Of a DNA stretch of 46,846 nt, positions 17,618-25,784 are shown one piece after another. Below the pieces are notes generated by a model. It was not told where the DNA came from and searched no databases. It saw only the letters and a list, made by a program, of their open reading frames with translations. Within the stretch, counting starts at the first letter, position 1. Each line of letters begins with the position of its first letter. This stretch comes from Pseudomonadota bacterium. Its GTDB lineage: Bacteria; Pseudomonadota; Alphaproteobacteria; Rhodobacterales; Rhodobacteraceae. Both the position numbers and the translations under genes were made by a program. Location: assembly GCA_039033775.1 (NCBI GenBank), contig JBCCCB010000001.1, forward strand, positions 1 through 46,846, read 5' to 3'.

Positions 17618-18478
17618 CTAGGATCGATTTTCGTCCGGCGGTATCAATTCGTCTTTCACCTGTCCCCAGACCATCATCGTGAAGATGGCCGTGCCACCGA
17701 CGATATTACCTGCCAGGACGGGCAGGAAGAAGCCGAAGACGGCCTCGGACAAGCCGAGCATGCCTTTGACGGCCAAATAGGCCATCTCGACGGACCCGGC
17801 GACGATATGGGTGAAATCGCCCGCCGCGATCAGCCATGTGAAGGTGAGGATGATGAAGAAGCTGGCGCTTTCGGCCTGGGGCATCATCCAGACGATGGCG
17901 GCGACCAGAATGCCCGCCGGAATCGCGCGGAAGAAGCTTTCGCCGGCGGGCATGCCGACAGCGTGTTCCGACAGGGAAATCAGCGCGGGCGTCAGGTCGG
18001 GCGGTAGGGCGGACGTATGGGCATAGAGCGTGGCGATGGCGAAGGCACCGACCACGTTGGCCGTCAGCACGATCGCCCAAAGCCGGGCGATCCGACCCAG
18101 CATCCTCGGCGTCGGTTGGATCATGAGCGGAACGACCGTGGTGATCGTATTTTCCGTAAAGAGCTGCATGCGCCCCATGATCACCAGCAGGAAGCCGAGC
18201 GAATATCCCAGATTCTCGATCAGAAAGCTGCCCGGAGCATCCGGCAAGTAGGTACGGAACACCGCTTCGCCCAAGACGGAGAAGCTGATCATGATGCCGG
18301 CGGCGATCCCCGACCAGACGAGCGACGAGGTGGGGCGGGCCAGCTCATCCTCCCCATCGCGGCGGATCACTTCGTAGATCAGCTTGGCAGGCAGTTTCGC
18401 GGCTTCGTCCACCGAGTTCTGCTCAGCCGCGTCGCCCAGTCTGATAGTATCCTCCGCGTTGGAGCCGTCATGCGCCAT
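17618..18478 (-). CDS. Formate/nitrite transporter family protein (YfdC-like)
   Basis: IYEVIRRDGEDEL.RP, MQLFTENTIT, FTHIVAGS, GNIVGG. Confidence 0.9.
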   Translation of the reverse strand: MAHDGSNAEDTIRLGDAAEQNSVDEAAKLPAKLIYEVIRRDGEDELARPTSSLVWSGIAAGIMISFSVLGEAVFRTYLPDAPGSFLIENLGYSLGFLLVIMGRMQLFTENTITTVVPLMIQPTPRMLGRIARLWAIVLTANVVGAFAIATLYAHTSALPPDLTPALISLSEHAVGMPAGESFFRAIPAGILVAAIVWMMPQAESASFFIILTFTWLIAAGDFTHIVAGSVEMAYLAVKGMLGLSEAVFGFFLPVLAGNIVGGTAIFTMMVWGQVKDELIPPDENRS

Positions 18479-18568
18479 GGCAGGTGCTCCCTTGATCGCA
18501 GTCCAGCCCATGCCGGTCTTGACCTGCCGATCTGATCATAGCCGTCCCGGCGACCGACGCCCCCCCGG

Positions 18569-19384
18569 TCAAGCCTTCAAGGTTTCCGTAGAGGAGAAGA
18601 ACATGGCCTGGCTGACGGCCGAGCGGATCTGCTCTTCGGTGTAGGGCTTGGTGATCAGGAAGGCCGGTTCCGGCCGTTCGCCGGTCAGCAACCGTTCGGG
18701 ATAGGCCGTGATGAAGATAACCGGCATGTCGCCGAATTCGACCAGCAGGTCGTTCACGGCGTCAATCCCCGACGAGTTGTCGGCCAGGTTGATGTCCGCC
18801 AGGATCAGGTCCGGCTGATCGTCCTTGCCCAAGGCGACGGCTTCGTCGCGGGTCCGGGCGACGCCGGTGATCCGGTGCCCCTGTTCGGCGACGATGTTTT
18901 CCAAGTCCATGGCGATGATCGGTTCGTCTTCGATGATCAGCACCCGCCCGGCGAGGCGGTCGATCATCTCCTGATGGGCGATCCGGATCAGGCCTTCGGC
19001 TTCGTCCTGATCGACCTCCATGATGGCGGCGATCTGCTGGAAGCTGAAGGATTCGATCGTGCGCAGAAGCAACGCTTCGCGCGTGTTGGCAGTCAGGCCC
19101 GACAAGCGATCTTGGGCTGTCTTCGCCAACCCATCGGATACGTCGACCGGGTCATCCAGCCGGGCGCTGGCCCAGATGCCGTGCATGACCTTGAAGAGAG
19201 CGGTCTTGACTGGAAGGTCGCTGTCCAAGGCAGACCGGTCTTCCAGGATCGCTTCCAGCGTCGCGGCGGCGTACCGGTCGCCGCGGTCCTGGTTGCCGGT
19301 AAGCGCGCGCGCATAGCGGCGGAGATACGGAAGGTGCGTGCCGATGTCGGTGATGGTCTGGTCGACGTTGGGCTTAGTATTCAT
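18569..19384 (-). CDS. phyR: Anti-anti-sigma response regulator PhyR
   Basis: Sigma-like N-terminus LPYLRRYARALTG; receiver with ADINLAD, FITAYPERLLTGERPEPAFLITKP. Confidence 0.96.
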   Translation of the reverse strand: MNTKPNVDQTITDIGTHLPYLRRYARALTGNQDRGDRYAAATLEAILEDRSALDSDLPVKTALFKVMHGIWASARLDDPVDVSDGLAKTAQDRLSGLTANTREALLLRTIESFSFQQIAAIMEVDQDEAEGLIRIAHQEMIDRLAGRVLIIEDEPIIAMDLENIVAEQGHRITGVARTRDEAVALGKDDQPDLILADINLADNSSGIDAVNDLLVEFGDMPVIFITAYPERLLTGERPEPAFLITKPYTEEQIRSAVSQAMFFSSTETLKA

Positions 19385-19417
19385 GGGGTCTGTTTCCCGA
19401 ACTCGATATTTTTTCTC

Positions 19418-19449
19418 GGAACAAACGTCGTTGGACAGATGTTGGTTCC
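19418..19449. promoter_or_regulatory. Overlapping divergent sigma-EcfG promoters for nepR (GGAAC-N17-TGTT, +) and phyR (GGAAC-N17-CGTT, -)
   Basis: Both motifs read directly in the phyR-nepR spacer. Confidence 0.8.
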
Positions 19450-19488
19450 GAAGTATGTGCGACCAGCGAGGTAGCTTTGGTGAACGAC

Positions 19489-19668
19489 ATGTCGACAAAA
19501 CATCCATCAAACGAGCATCCGCCCCAGGCCGTCGCGGATCAGATCGACGAGAATCTCAGGCGAGTCTTCCAAGAAGACCTCAACCAGGAGCTGCCGGACC
19601 GTTTCAAGGATCTGCTTGCCCAATTGCGTGATAGCAACGAAGGCAAGGATGAGGATCCGTCGAAATGA
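19489..19668 (+). CDS. nepR: Anti-sigma factor NepR
   Basis: QIDENLRRVFQEDLNQELPDRFKDLLAQL core; between phyR and the ECF sigma. Confidence 0.92.
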   Translation: MSTKHPSNEHPPQAVADQIDENLRRVFQEDLNQELPDRFKDLLAQLRDSNEGKDEDPSK

Positions 19669-20222
19669 GTCATGCCGACCCTCGTGAAGAGATTATCGAG
19701 CATCTCAAACCGATGCGGGCCTTCGCCATCAGCCTGACGCGAAACTCCGCGACGGCGGACGATATGGTTCAAGACGCGATCGTGAAAGCTTGGAGCAATA
19801 TCGAGAAATTCGAGCCGGGATCCAATATGCGGGCCTGGCTGTTCACCATCCTGCGCAATACCTATTATTCCAGCCTACGCAAGTCCAAGCGCGAGGTGTC
19901 GGATGTCGATGGCATCTTGACGGCCAATATGGCTGAAAAGCCCGCCCATGACGGTCATTTGCAAATGACTGACTTCCGCAAGGCGTTCGAGCAGTTGCCG
20001 GACGAACAGCGCGAGACGCTGATTCTGGTGGGGGCATCTGGTTTTTCCTATGAGGAGGCCGCCGAAATGTGCGGCGTCGCCGTCGGCACGATCAAGAGCC
20101 GGGCAAGCCGTGGTCGCCACAAACTGGCGGATTTGATGCATCTGGACAACGAGTCCGCGATGGAGTTGACGGATTCGGCGACCTTCGCCGTCGTCGCCGC
20201 GAATGGGGCGCCCGCCGCTTAA
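19665..20222 (+). CDS. ecfG: ECF15 general stress sigma factor (EcfG/RpoE2/SigT type)
   Basis: MRAFAISLT, NMRAWLFTILRN, SYEEAAEMCGVAVGTIKSR; coupled to nepR. Confidence 0.92.
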   Translation: MSHADPREEIIEHLKPMRAFAISLTRNSATADDMVQDAIVKAWSNIEKFEPGSNMRAWLFTILRNTYYSSLRKSKREVSDVDGILTANMAEKPAHDGHLQMTDFRKAFEQLPDEQRETLILVGASGFSYEEAAEMCGVAVGTIKSRASRGRHKLADLMHLDNESAMELTDSATFAVVAANGAPAA

Positions 20223-21961
20223 TGAAGCAAGACCCGCCGCGCCGGAACCGTTTGGCCGTCCTTTCGGGCGGCCTTAGCTTTCGCGTCGGCGTCTTTCTGT
20301 CACTGGCGCTTCTGCCGGTGGGCGTGCTGGCGATCAACCAGACCCAAGGTTTGACCCGTGCTGCCGCCGAGCAGGAAGATCGCCTGCGGCTGGCGACGAC
20401 CGACGACGCCGTCTTCGGTCAACGGCGCCTGCTGGAACGGGCCATCGGCGTAGCCGAGGCGCTTGCCATCGGCGCGTTGGACCTGCGGGACAATCCAGAC
20501 CGTTGCAGTGCATTTCTGACAGACTACGTCCAAGGAGCGGCTCAATATTCCTTCGTGGGGTTTCTGCCGTTGGACGGCATCATGACCTGTTCCAATGCGG
20601 GAAGGGCCATCGACTTCTCCGGCTTCCCCGATTGGGATGAGAATATCTCCTCCCCCCGGCTCTATGTCGACTTGCTTCAGACTGCCGAGGTCAGCCAGCA
20701 GGCGGTGCTGAACCTCAACCATCCGGTCTATTCCGGCGACACTTTCGCAGGATATCTGTCGCTGTCGATCCCGTGGGACACCTACCTGGCGGCGGCGCCG
20801 ATCCGCGACATCGCCGGGCTGGATACGCTGCTTACATTCGACGCCGAGGGCGAGATCCTGTCGACCATGGGTGAGCCGGCATTGATCGAAGCCTTCGAGC
20901 GGAGGATCGGCTTGATCGGGGGAGTGCGGTCGATCGGCGGCACGGTGAACGATCTCGGTCAAGTGGATGGCCAGAACTATGTTTATGCCGTGGTGCCCGT
21001 CGTCCCGGACGTGGCATTTGCGGTCGGCATCTGGCCGGTCTCGACCAACGCTCTGTCCGTTTGGGCGATCGGTCTCGCGCCGCTCTTGATGTGGGTGGCC
21101 AGCCTGGCTGTGGCGTTTTTGACGCTCGATCGGCTGGTTTTGCGCCATATCCGGAGATTGGCCTTCAGGATGCGCCGCTTTCCCCATGACCGCCGCTTCG
21201 ACAATGGCGGGACTAGGACCGAGCGCATGCCCGTCGAGCTTCGATCCCTGGAGCAGTCGTTCCACGACATGGCCCAACGATTGCTACAAAACGAGGCCAA
21301 GCTGGAGGATGATCTTCGGCAGAAGAACGTGTTGTTGAAGGAGGTTCATCACCGGGTGAAGAACAACCTCCAGATGATCTCGTCCATCATGAACATGCAG
21401 ATCCGGTCATCCCGCCACCCGGAAACCAAGTCGGTTCTGCGCCGCTTGCAGGATCGAGTGCTCGGCTTGGCGACGGTGCACCGCAATCTGTACCAGGCCA
21501 ATGACATCAGCCGGGCCGATGCCGGTGTCCTGTTGTCGGAAACCTTCGCGCAGATCGTCAATTCGACCGTGAAGCCCGGCGATGGTATCCGGATCGACAT
21601 GGACTTCGAACAAATCATCCTGTTCCCCGATCAGGCCGTGCCCCTGTCGCTTTTGATGTCGGAACTGGCGACGAATGCCTTGAAATACGGCGGCGCCCCC
21701 GATGGCGAGCGGCGCTGGATCAAAGCCGGGCTGAAGCTGCTGGAGGCCGATCGGGCAGAATTGTGCGTGTCCAATTCAAAGCGACCCGAGGCGGCTCGGT
21801 CGGGCCAGGAGTCCGACGGGACCGGCCTCGGACAGAAGCTTGTGCAGGCTTTTGCCATGCAGTTGAAGTCGACCGCCGACGTCAAAGAGACGGCGGACGC
21901 CTTCTCGGTCACGGTGACCTTCGACGTCGAAGATTTCACCCAACAGGCCGTGGATCATTGA
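20222..21961 (+). CDS. Membrane sensor histidine kinase, HisKA_2 family
   Basis: Two TM with periplasmic domain, KEVHHRVKNNLQ, ELATNALKY, GTGLG. Confidence 0.92.
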   Translation: MKQDPPRRNRLAVLSGGLSFRVGVFLSLALLPVGVLAINQTQGLTRAAAEQEDRLRLATTDDAVFGQRRLLERAIGVAEALAIGALDLRDNPDRCSAFLTDYVQGAAQYSFVGFLPLDGIMTCSNAGRAIDFSGFPDWDENISSPRLYVDLLQTAEVSQQAVLNLNHPVYSGDTFAGYLSLSIPWDTYLAAAPIRDIAGLDTLLTFDAEGEILSTMGEPALIEAFERRIGLIGGVRSIGGTVNDLGQVDGQNYVYAVVPVVPDVAFAVGIWPVSTNALSVWAIGLAPLLMWVASLAVAFLTLDRLVLRHIRRLAFRMRRFPHDRRFDNGGTRTERMPVELRSLEQSFHDMAQRLLQNEAKLEDDLRQKNVLLKEVHHRVKNNLQMISSIMNMQIRSSRHPETKSVLRRLQDRVLGLATVHRNLYQANDISRADAGVLLSETFAQIVNSTVKPGDGIRIDMDFEQIILFPDQAVPLSLLMSELATNALKYGGAPDGERRWIKAGLKLLEADRAELCVSNSKRPEAARSGQESDGTGLGQKLVQAFAMQLKSTADVKETADAFSVTVTFDVEDFTQQAVDH

Positions 21962-22051
21962 TTGGGTTGGCGGGGCCCGTCGCCCTGCGCGGAATTGTCG
22001 GGCCCTGCAAGTCAGGCGCCGCCGACAGGGCTGCCGGCAGCGCCTGGTGCA

Positions 22052-24214
22052 TCAGGCGAACCTGACGCCGTCATTGACCATGGGCAGCAGCGCGACGACC
22101 GGTCCGGCCTGGGCGATTGCGTTGGCCAGCGCCGGTGCGGACGGCGGCGTTCCGGGTTCGCCGATTCCGGTGGGCGGCTCGGCCGACGGGACGATATGTG
22201 TCTCGATGGCGCCGATATCGCGGATCCGCAGCGGTTCGTAGTCGGGGAAGTTCGATTGGTCGACGACCCCGCCTGTCAGCGTGATCTCGTCCCGCATGGC
22301 GTGCCCGATCCCGTAGCCGACCCCCCCTTCGATTTGGGCCTTGATGACGTCAGGGTTCACCGCGATGCCGCAATCGACGGCACAGGTGACCTTTTCGATT
22401 TTCACGCCGGAGTCGGCGGCGCCCGAGATCTCGACCACCTCGGCCACGAAGCTGCCGAAGGATTTGTGGACGGCGACGCCCTGGACACGCCCGGCGGGCG
22501 CATTGCCCCAATCGGCCTTTTCCGCGGCGAGCTTCAGGACGGCGGCCTTCCGGACCGCGTCGGGACTATCGCCCAGATGGGCCAGGCGGAACTCGACCGG
22601 GTCGCGGCCCGCGGCCTGGGCGGCCGCATCCATCATAACCTCCATGGCATAGGCCGTGTGCGTGTGACCGACCGACCGCCACCAGAGCGTGCTGGTGGCT
22701 TTCTTGGTGTCGGTCAGGCCGACATGGAAGCCCGGGATCGTATAGGGCGTGTCCGAGACGCCTTCGACCGAGGAATGATCGACGCCGTCATGCACCAACA
22801 CGGATTCGAATGGCGTGCCCTTCATGATCGACTGCCCGGCGATCCGATGATCCCATGCAACGATATCGCCCTCGGCGGACAGGCCGACGCGGACCTTGTG
22901 GCCGAAGGCGGGGCGGTAATAGCCGCCCCGGACATCGTCTTCGCGGCTCCAGACCAGCTTCACCGGCCGGGTTCGGTCGGTGATGACAAAGGCCAGCGCC
23001 GCTTCTACCTGGTAATCCGCCGACGGTGTGGCGCGGCGGCCGAAAGATCCCCCGGCGAGCATCGTGTTGATGCGCACCTTGTCCATGGGCAGCTCGAAGA
23101 TCTGAGCCAGCGCCATGTGCGGGCCGGTGGGCATCTGCGCGCCATCATGCAGCGTGACGCCGCCATCGGCGTCGGCTTCGATGGTGCAGTTCAGCGGCTC
23201 CATCGGTGCGTGGGCCAGCAGCGGGAAGTAGAACGTCTGTTCGATCACCTGGGCGGCCTGGTCCATCGGGCCCGGTTCGGTGTTGAGCACGTTGTATTCC
23301 GCGTCGCCGTCGAGCGCGGCCAGAATTTCCGCCTTGATCTGCGCGCTGTCGCGGGTTTCGGCCGCCGAGAGATCCCAGTCGACGCGCAGCGCGTCTCGCG
23401 CCTGCATGGCGGCCCAAGTGTTTTCGGCGTAGACGGCCACCGCCGCGTCGTTCGGAAGGGTCGCCGCACGAATGAAGCCTTTGATCGACTGGGCGTCGCT
23501 GTCGTCGAAGCCGGCGACAAGGCCACCTGTCTGGGGCGGGCGGGCCAGCATAACCACCATCTGGTTAGGCAGGTAGACGTCCATGGCAAACATGGCCGAC
23601 CCATTGCCCTTGATCGCGCCGTCCAGGCGCCGGATGTCGGGATTGCCGATCAGGCGCCATTGGTCGGGCGTCTTCAGCACCGGTTCGGCGGGCGCCTGCA
23701 ATTGAGAGGCGGTTGCCACGAAATCTCCCAAGGGGGCCGATTGATCGGCGCCGGTCACCACGCCATCCACGATGTCCAGCGTGCCCGCATCGACGCCGAA
23801 GCTTTGGGCGGCGGCGTCCAGGATCATGGCGCGGGCGGCCGCGCCGGCATTTCGGTACTGCATGAAGGAATTGGCCATGGCGGTCGACCCGCCGGTGCCC
23901 TGGAACTGTCCGAAGGCCAGGTTGGCATAAAGCTCGGGGTTGGACGGCGCGAATTCATAGCCGATCTGGTCCATGCCCACGCCGATTTCCTCGGCGATCA
24001 GGGTGGACAGGCCGGTGGCGGGGCCCTGGCCCATCTCGAAATGCTTGACGACGGCGATCACCCGGCCGTCCGAACCGATTTTGACGAAGGGGTTGATCTG
24101 GGCGGCGCCGTCGCCCGCGGCCAGCGCCCCGTCGGGCCGGAGGCCGACGACCAGGACGGCCCCAGCAGCGGCGGCGCCCTTCAGAAATTCGCGGCGTGAT
24201 GTGTTGAGTGTCAT
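22052..24214 (-). CDS. Isoquinoline 1-oxidoreductase beta-like molybdopterin subunit
   Basis: Tat motif SRREFLK, EMGQG, HAPMEPLNC, GGSFGRR, WSREDD, GIGEPG. Confidence 0.92.
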   Translation of the reverse strand: MTLNTSRREFLKGAAAAGAVLVVGLRPDGALAAGDGAAQINPFVKIGSDGRVIAVVKHFEMGQGPATGLSTLIAEEIGVGMDQIGYEFAPSNPELYANLAFGQFQGTGGSTAMANSFMQYRNAGAAARAMILDAAAQSFGVDAGTLDIVDGVVTGADQSAPLGDFVATASQLQAPAEPVLKTPDQWRLIGNPDIRRLDGAIKGNGSAMFAMDVYLPNQMVVMLARPPQTGGLVAGFDDSDAQSIKGFIRAATLPNDAAVAVYAENTWAAMQARDALRVDWDLSAAETRDSAQIKAEILAALDGDAEYNVLNTEPGPMDQAAQVIEQTFYFPLLAHAPMEPLNCTIEADADGGVTLHDGAQMPTGPHMALAQIFELPMDKVRINTMLAGGSFGRRATPSADYQVEAALAFVITDRTRPVKLVWSREDDVRGGYYRPAFGHKVRVGLSAEGDIVAWDHRIAGQSIMKGTPFESVLVHDGVDHSSVEGVSDTPYTIPGFHVGLTDTKKATSTLWWRSVGHTHTAYAMEVMMDAAAQAAGRDPVEFRLAHLGDSPDAVRKAAVLKLAAEKADWGNAPAGRVQGVAVHKSFGSFVAEVVEISGAADSGVKIEKVTCAVDCGIAVNPDVIKAQIEGGVGYGIGHAMRDEITLTGGVVDQSNFPDYEPLRIRDIGAIETHIVPSAEPPTGIGEPGTPPSAPALANAIAQAGPVVALLPMVNDGVRFA

Positions 24215-24217
24215 CGC

Positions 24218-24682
24218 TCAGCTCTCCATGATCTCGGATGCGCGCTGGATACCGGCGCGGATCCGTTGATACGTCGCGCAGCGGCAGGCATTGCCATCCA
24301 TGTAGTCGTGGATTTCATCCACGCTGGGCTTCGGATTTTCGGTCAGCAAGCCGACGGCCGACATGATCTGGCCCGACTGGCAGTAGCCGCATTGCGCGAC
24401 GTCCAGTTCTTGCCAGGCCTGTTGCACGGCGGCACCCGCCTCGGTCGCGCCGATCGCTTCGATCGTAGTGATCTCGGCGCCGTCCAGGTCGTCGACATAG
24501 GTCTGGCACGACCGCATCGGCAGGCCATCCACGTGGACGGTGCACGCCCCGCATGAGGCCACGCCACAGCCGAATTTGGTGCCGGTCATCTTCAGTTCGT
24601 CGCGGATGACCCACAGAAGCGGGGTGCCCGGTTCGGCGTCGACCTCGTGTTCGACGCCATTCAGTTTCAGTACAAAGCTCAT
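24218..24682 (-). CDS. (2Fe-2S)-binding subunit, IorA/CoxS-like
   Basis: GTKFGCGVASCGACTV, QCGYCQSGQIM, NACRCATY. Confidence 0.95.
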   Translation of the reverse strand: MSFVLKLNGVEHEVDAEPGTPLLWVIRDELKMTGTKFGCGVASCGACTVHVDGLPMRSCQTYVDDLDGAEITTIEAIGATEAGAAVQQAWQELDVAQCGYCQSGQIMSAVGLLTENPKPSVDEIHDYMDGNACRCATYQRIRAGIQRASEIMES

Positions 24683-24714
24683 TGCCGACCTCCTGCTGGG
24701 ACCAGAATCCTGTG

Positions 24715-24773
24715 GGTAAACTTGCTGGTTTACCGTAGGCGTGGATTTGACATCTGTAAACCCGCGCGTTTAC
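24715..24773. promoter_or_regulatory. Two GTAAAC-N6-GTTTAC palindromes (putative TetR operators) flanking a TTGACA -35 element
   Basis: 24715-24734 and 24756-24773, in the divergent iorA/tetR spacer. Confidence 0.7.
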
Positions 24774-24807
24774 CCCGAGAACCTAGCATGGAAACGGATT
24801 CGTAGAA

Positions 24808-25410
24808 ATGGATGCGCCTGTCGAGCCCGCCGAGGAAAAGCGGGAACAGATCTACGAGGCCGCCGTCCGCGAGTTCCAGGAACGCGGCTTTCGGGACGCC
24901 AGCATGGATCGCATCTCGGCCCGGGCCGGCGCGTCGAAGCGGACGGTCTACAGGTATTTCGAGAGCAAAGAGAAGCTGTTTCAGGAGCTTATGCGCAGGC
25001 ATTGGAGTCGGTTCGCCGCCAGCCTGGACGTCACCTACGAGGCCGGTCGCGACATCCGCGATCAGCTGACGGCCTTGGGCCGGGCCGAGGGGGAATTGCT
25101 GACCTCGCACGAAGTCATGGCCATGACGCGCCTTGTCATGAGCGAAGTTCTGCGCAGCCCCGAATTGGTCGAGCAGAACCAGGAGAAGACCGATTTCAAG
25201 GCGGCGTTCGAGGCCATGCTGAGGGATGCCGCGGCGGACGGGCAATTGGCGATCGAGGACCCCAGAGCGGCGGCTGAAGAATTCATGGCGCTGATCAAGG
25301 GCAAGGCGTTCTGGCCGGTCGTCTTCGGTGCCTCCGTCGTCACCTCCGAGGAGATGGACAGGATCGTGGATAGCAGCGTGGAAATGATCATGCGGCGATA
25401 TGGCGTCTGA
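24808..25410 (+). CDS. TetR/AcrR family regulator
   Basis: GFRDASMDRISARAGASKRTVYRYFESKEKLF. Confidence 0.95.
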   Translation: MDAPVEPAEEKREQIYEAAVREFQERGFRDASMDRISARAGASKRTVYRYFESKEKLFQELMRRHWSRFAASLDVTYEAGRDIRDQLTALGRAEGELLTSHEVMAMTRLVMSEVLRSPELVEQNQEKTDFKAAFEAMLRDAAADGQLAIEDPRAAAEEFMALIKGKAFWPVVFGASVVTSEEMDRIVDSSVEMIMRRYGV

Positions 25411-25463
25411 TCGCCAAGCCGGTATGGGCGCGGTCGAGCTGCCATTTCAGGGGCGAGGGGTCT

Positions 25464-25727
25464 TTGTCCGTCTCGATGCGGGTCGGCAATGCCGAGCATT
25501 ATATCGCCTGCGCCTTGGCCGGGCTCGGCCTCATCCAAGGTCCGGCTTGCGATGTGCGGCATCGGGTCGAGGCGGGCGATCTGGTGGAAGGTCTGCCGGA
25601 CCACCCGAGCGGCCCGATGGCCGTCGCGCTTGTGGCCCCTGATCGTCCAAGTCTGGTGCCCACCGTCGCCGCTTGCTCAGGACCGAGCGAGGGCAGCGCA
25701 GGATTCGCCGCGGCGGTGATCGGGTAA
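25464..25727 (+). pseudogene. C-terminal fragment of a LysR-family regulator
   Basis: VGNAEHYIACALAGLGLIQGP..DVRHRVEAGDLVEGLPD..PMAVAL resembles the end of a LysR substrate-binding domain; no HTH upstream. Confidence 0.65.
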
Positions 25728-25784
25728 CGGCCCGGAGATCTCGGTCCGTCGCAAAAGGGGCAAGGCCGATTCTGGCATACGACG

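Noticed and set aside
21962-24199. 745-aa plus-strand ORF
   Set aside because: Antisense shadow of the IorB-like gene, expected at high GC; no motifs
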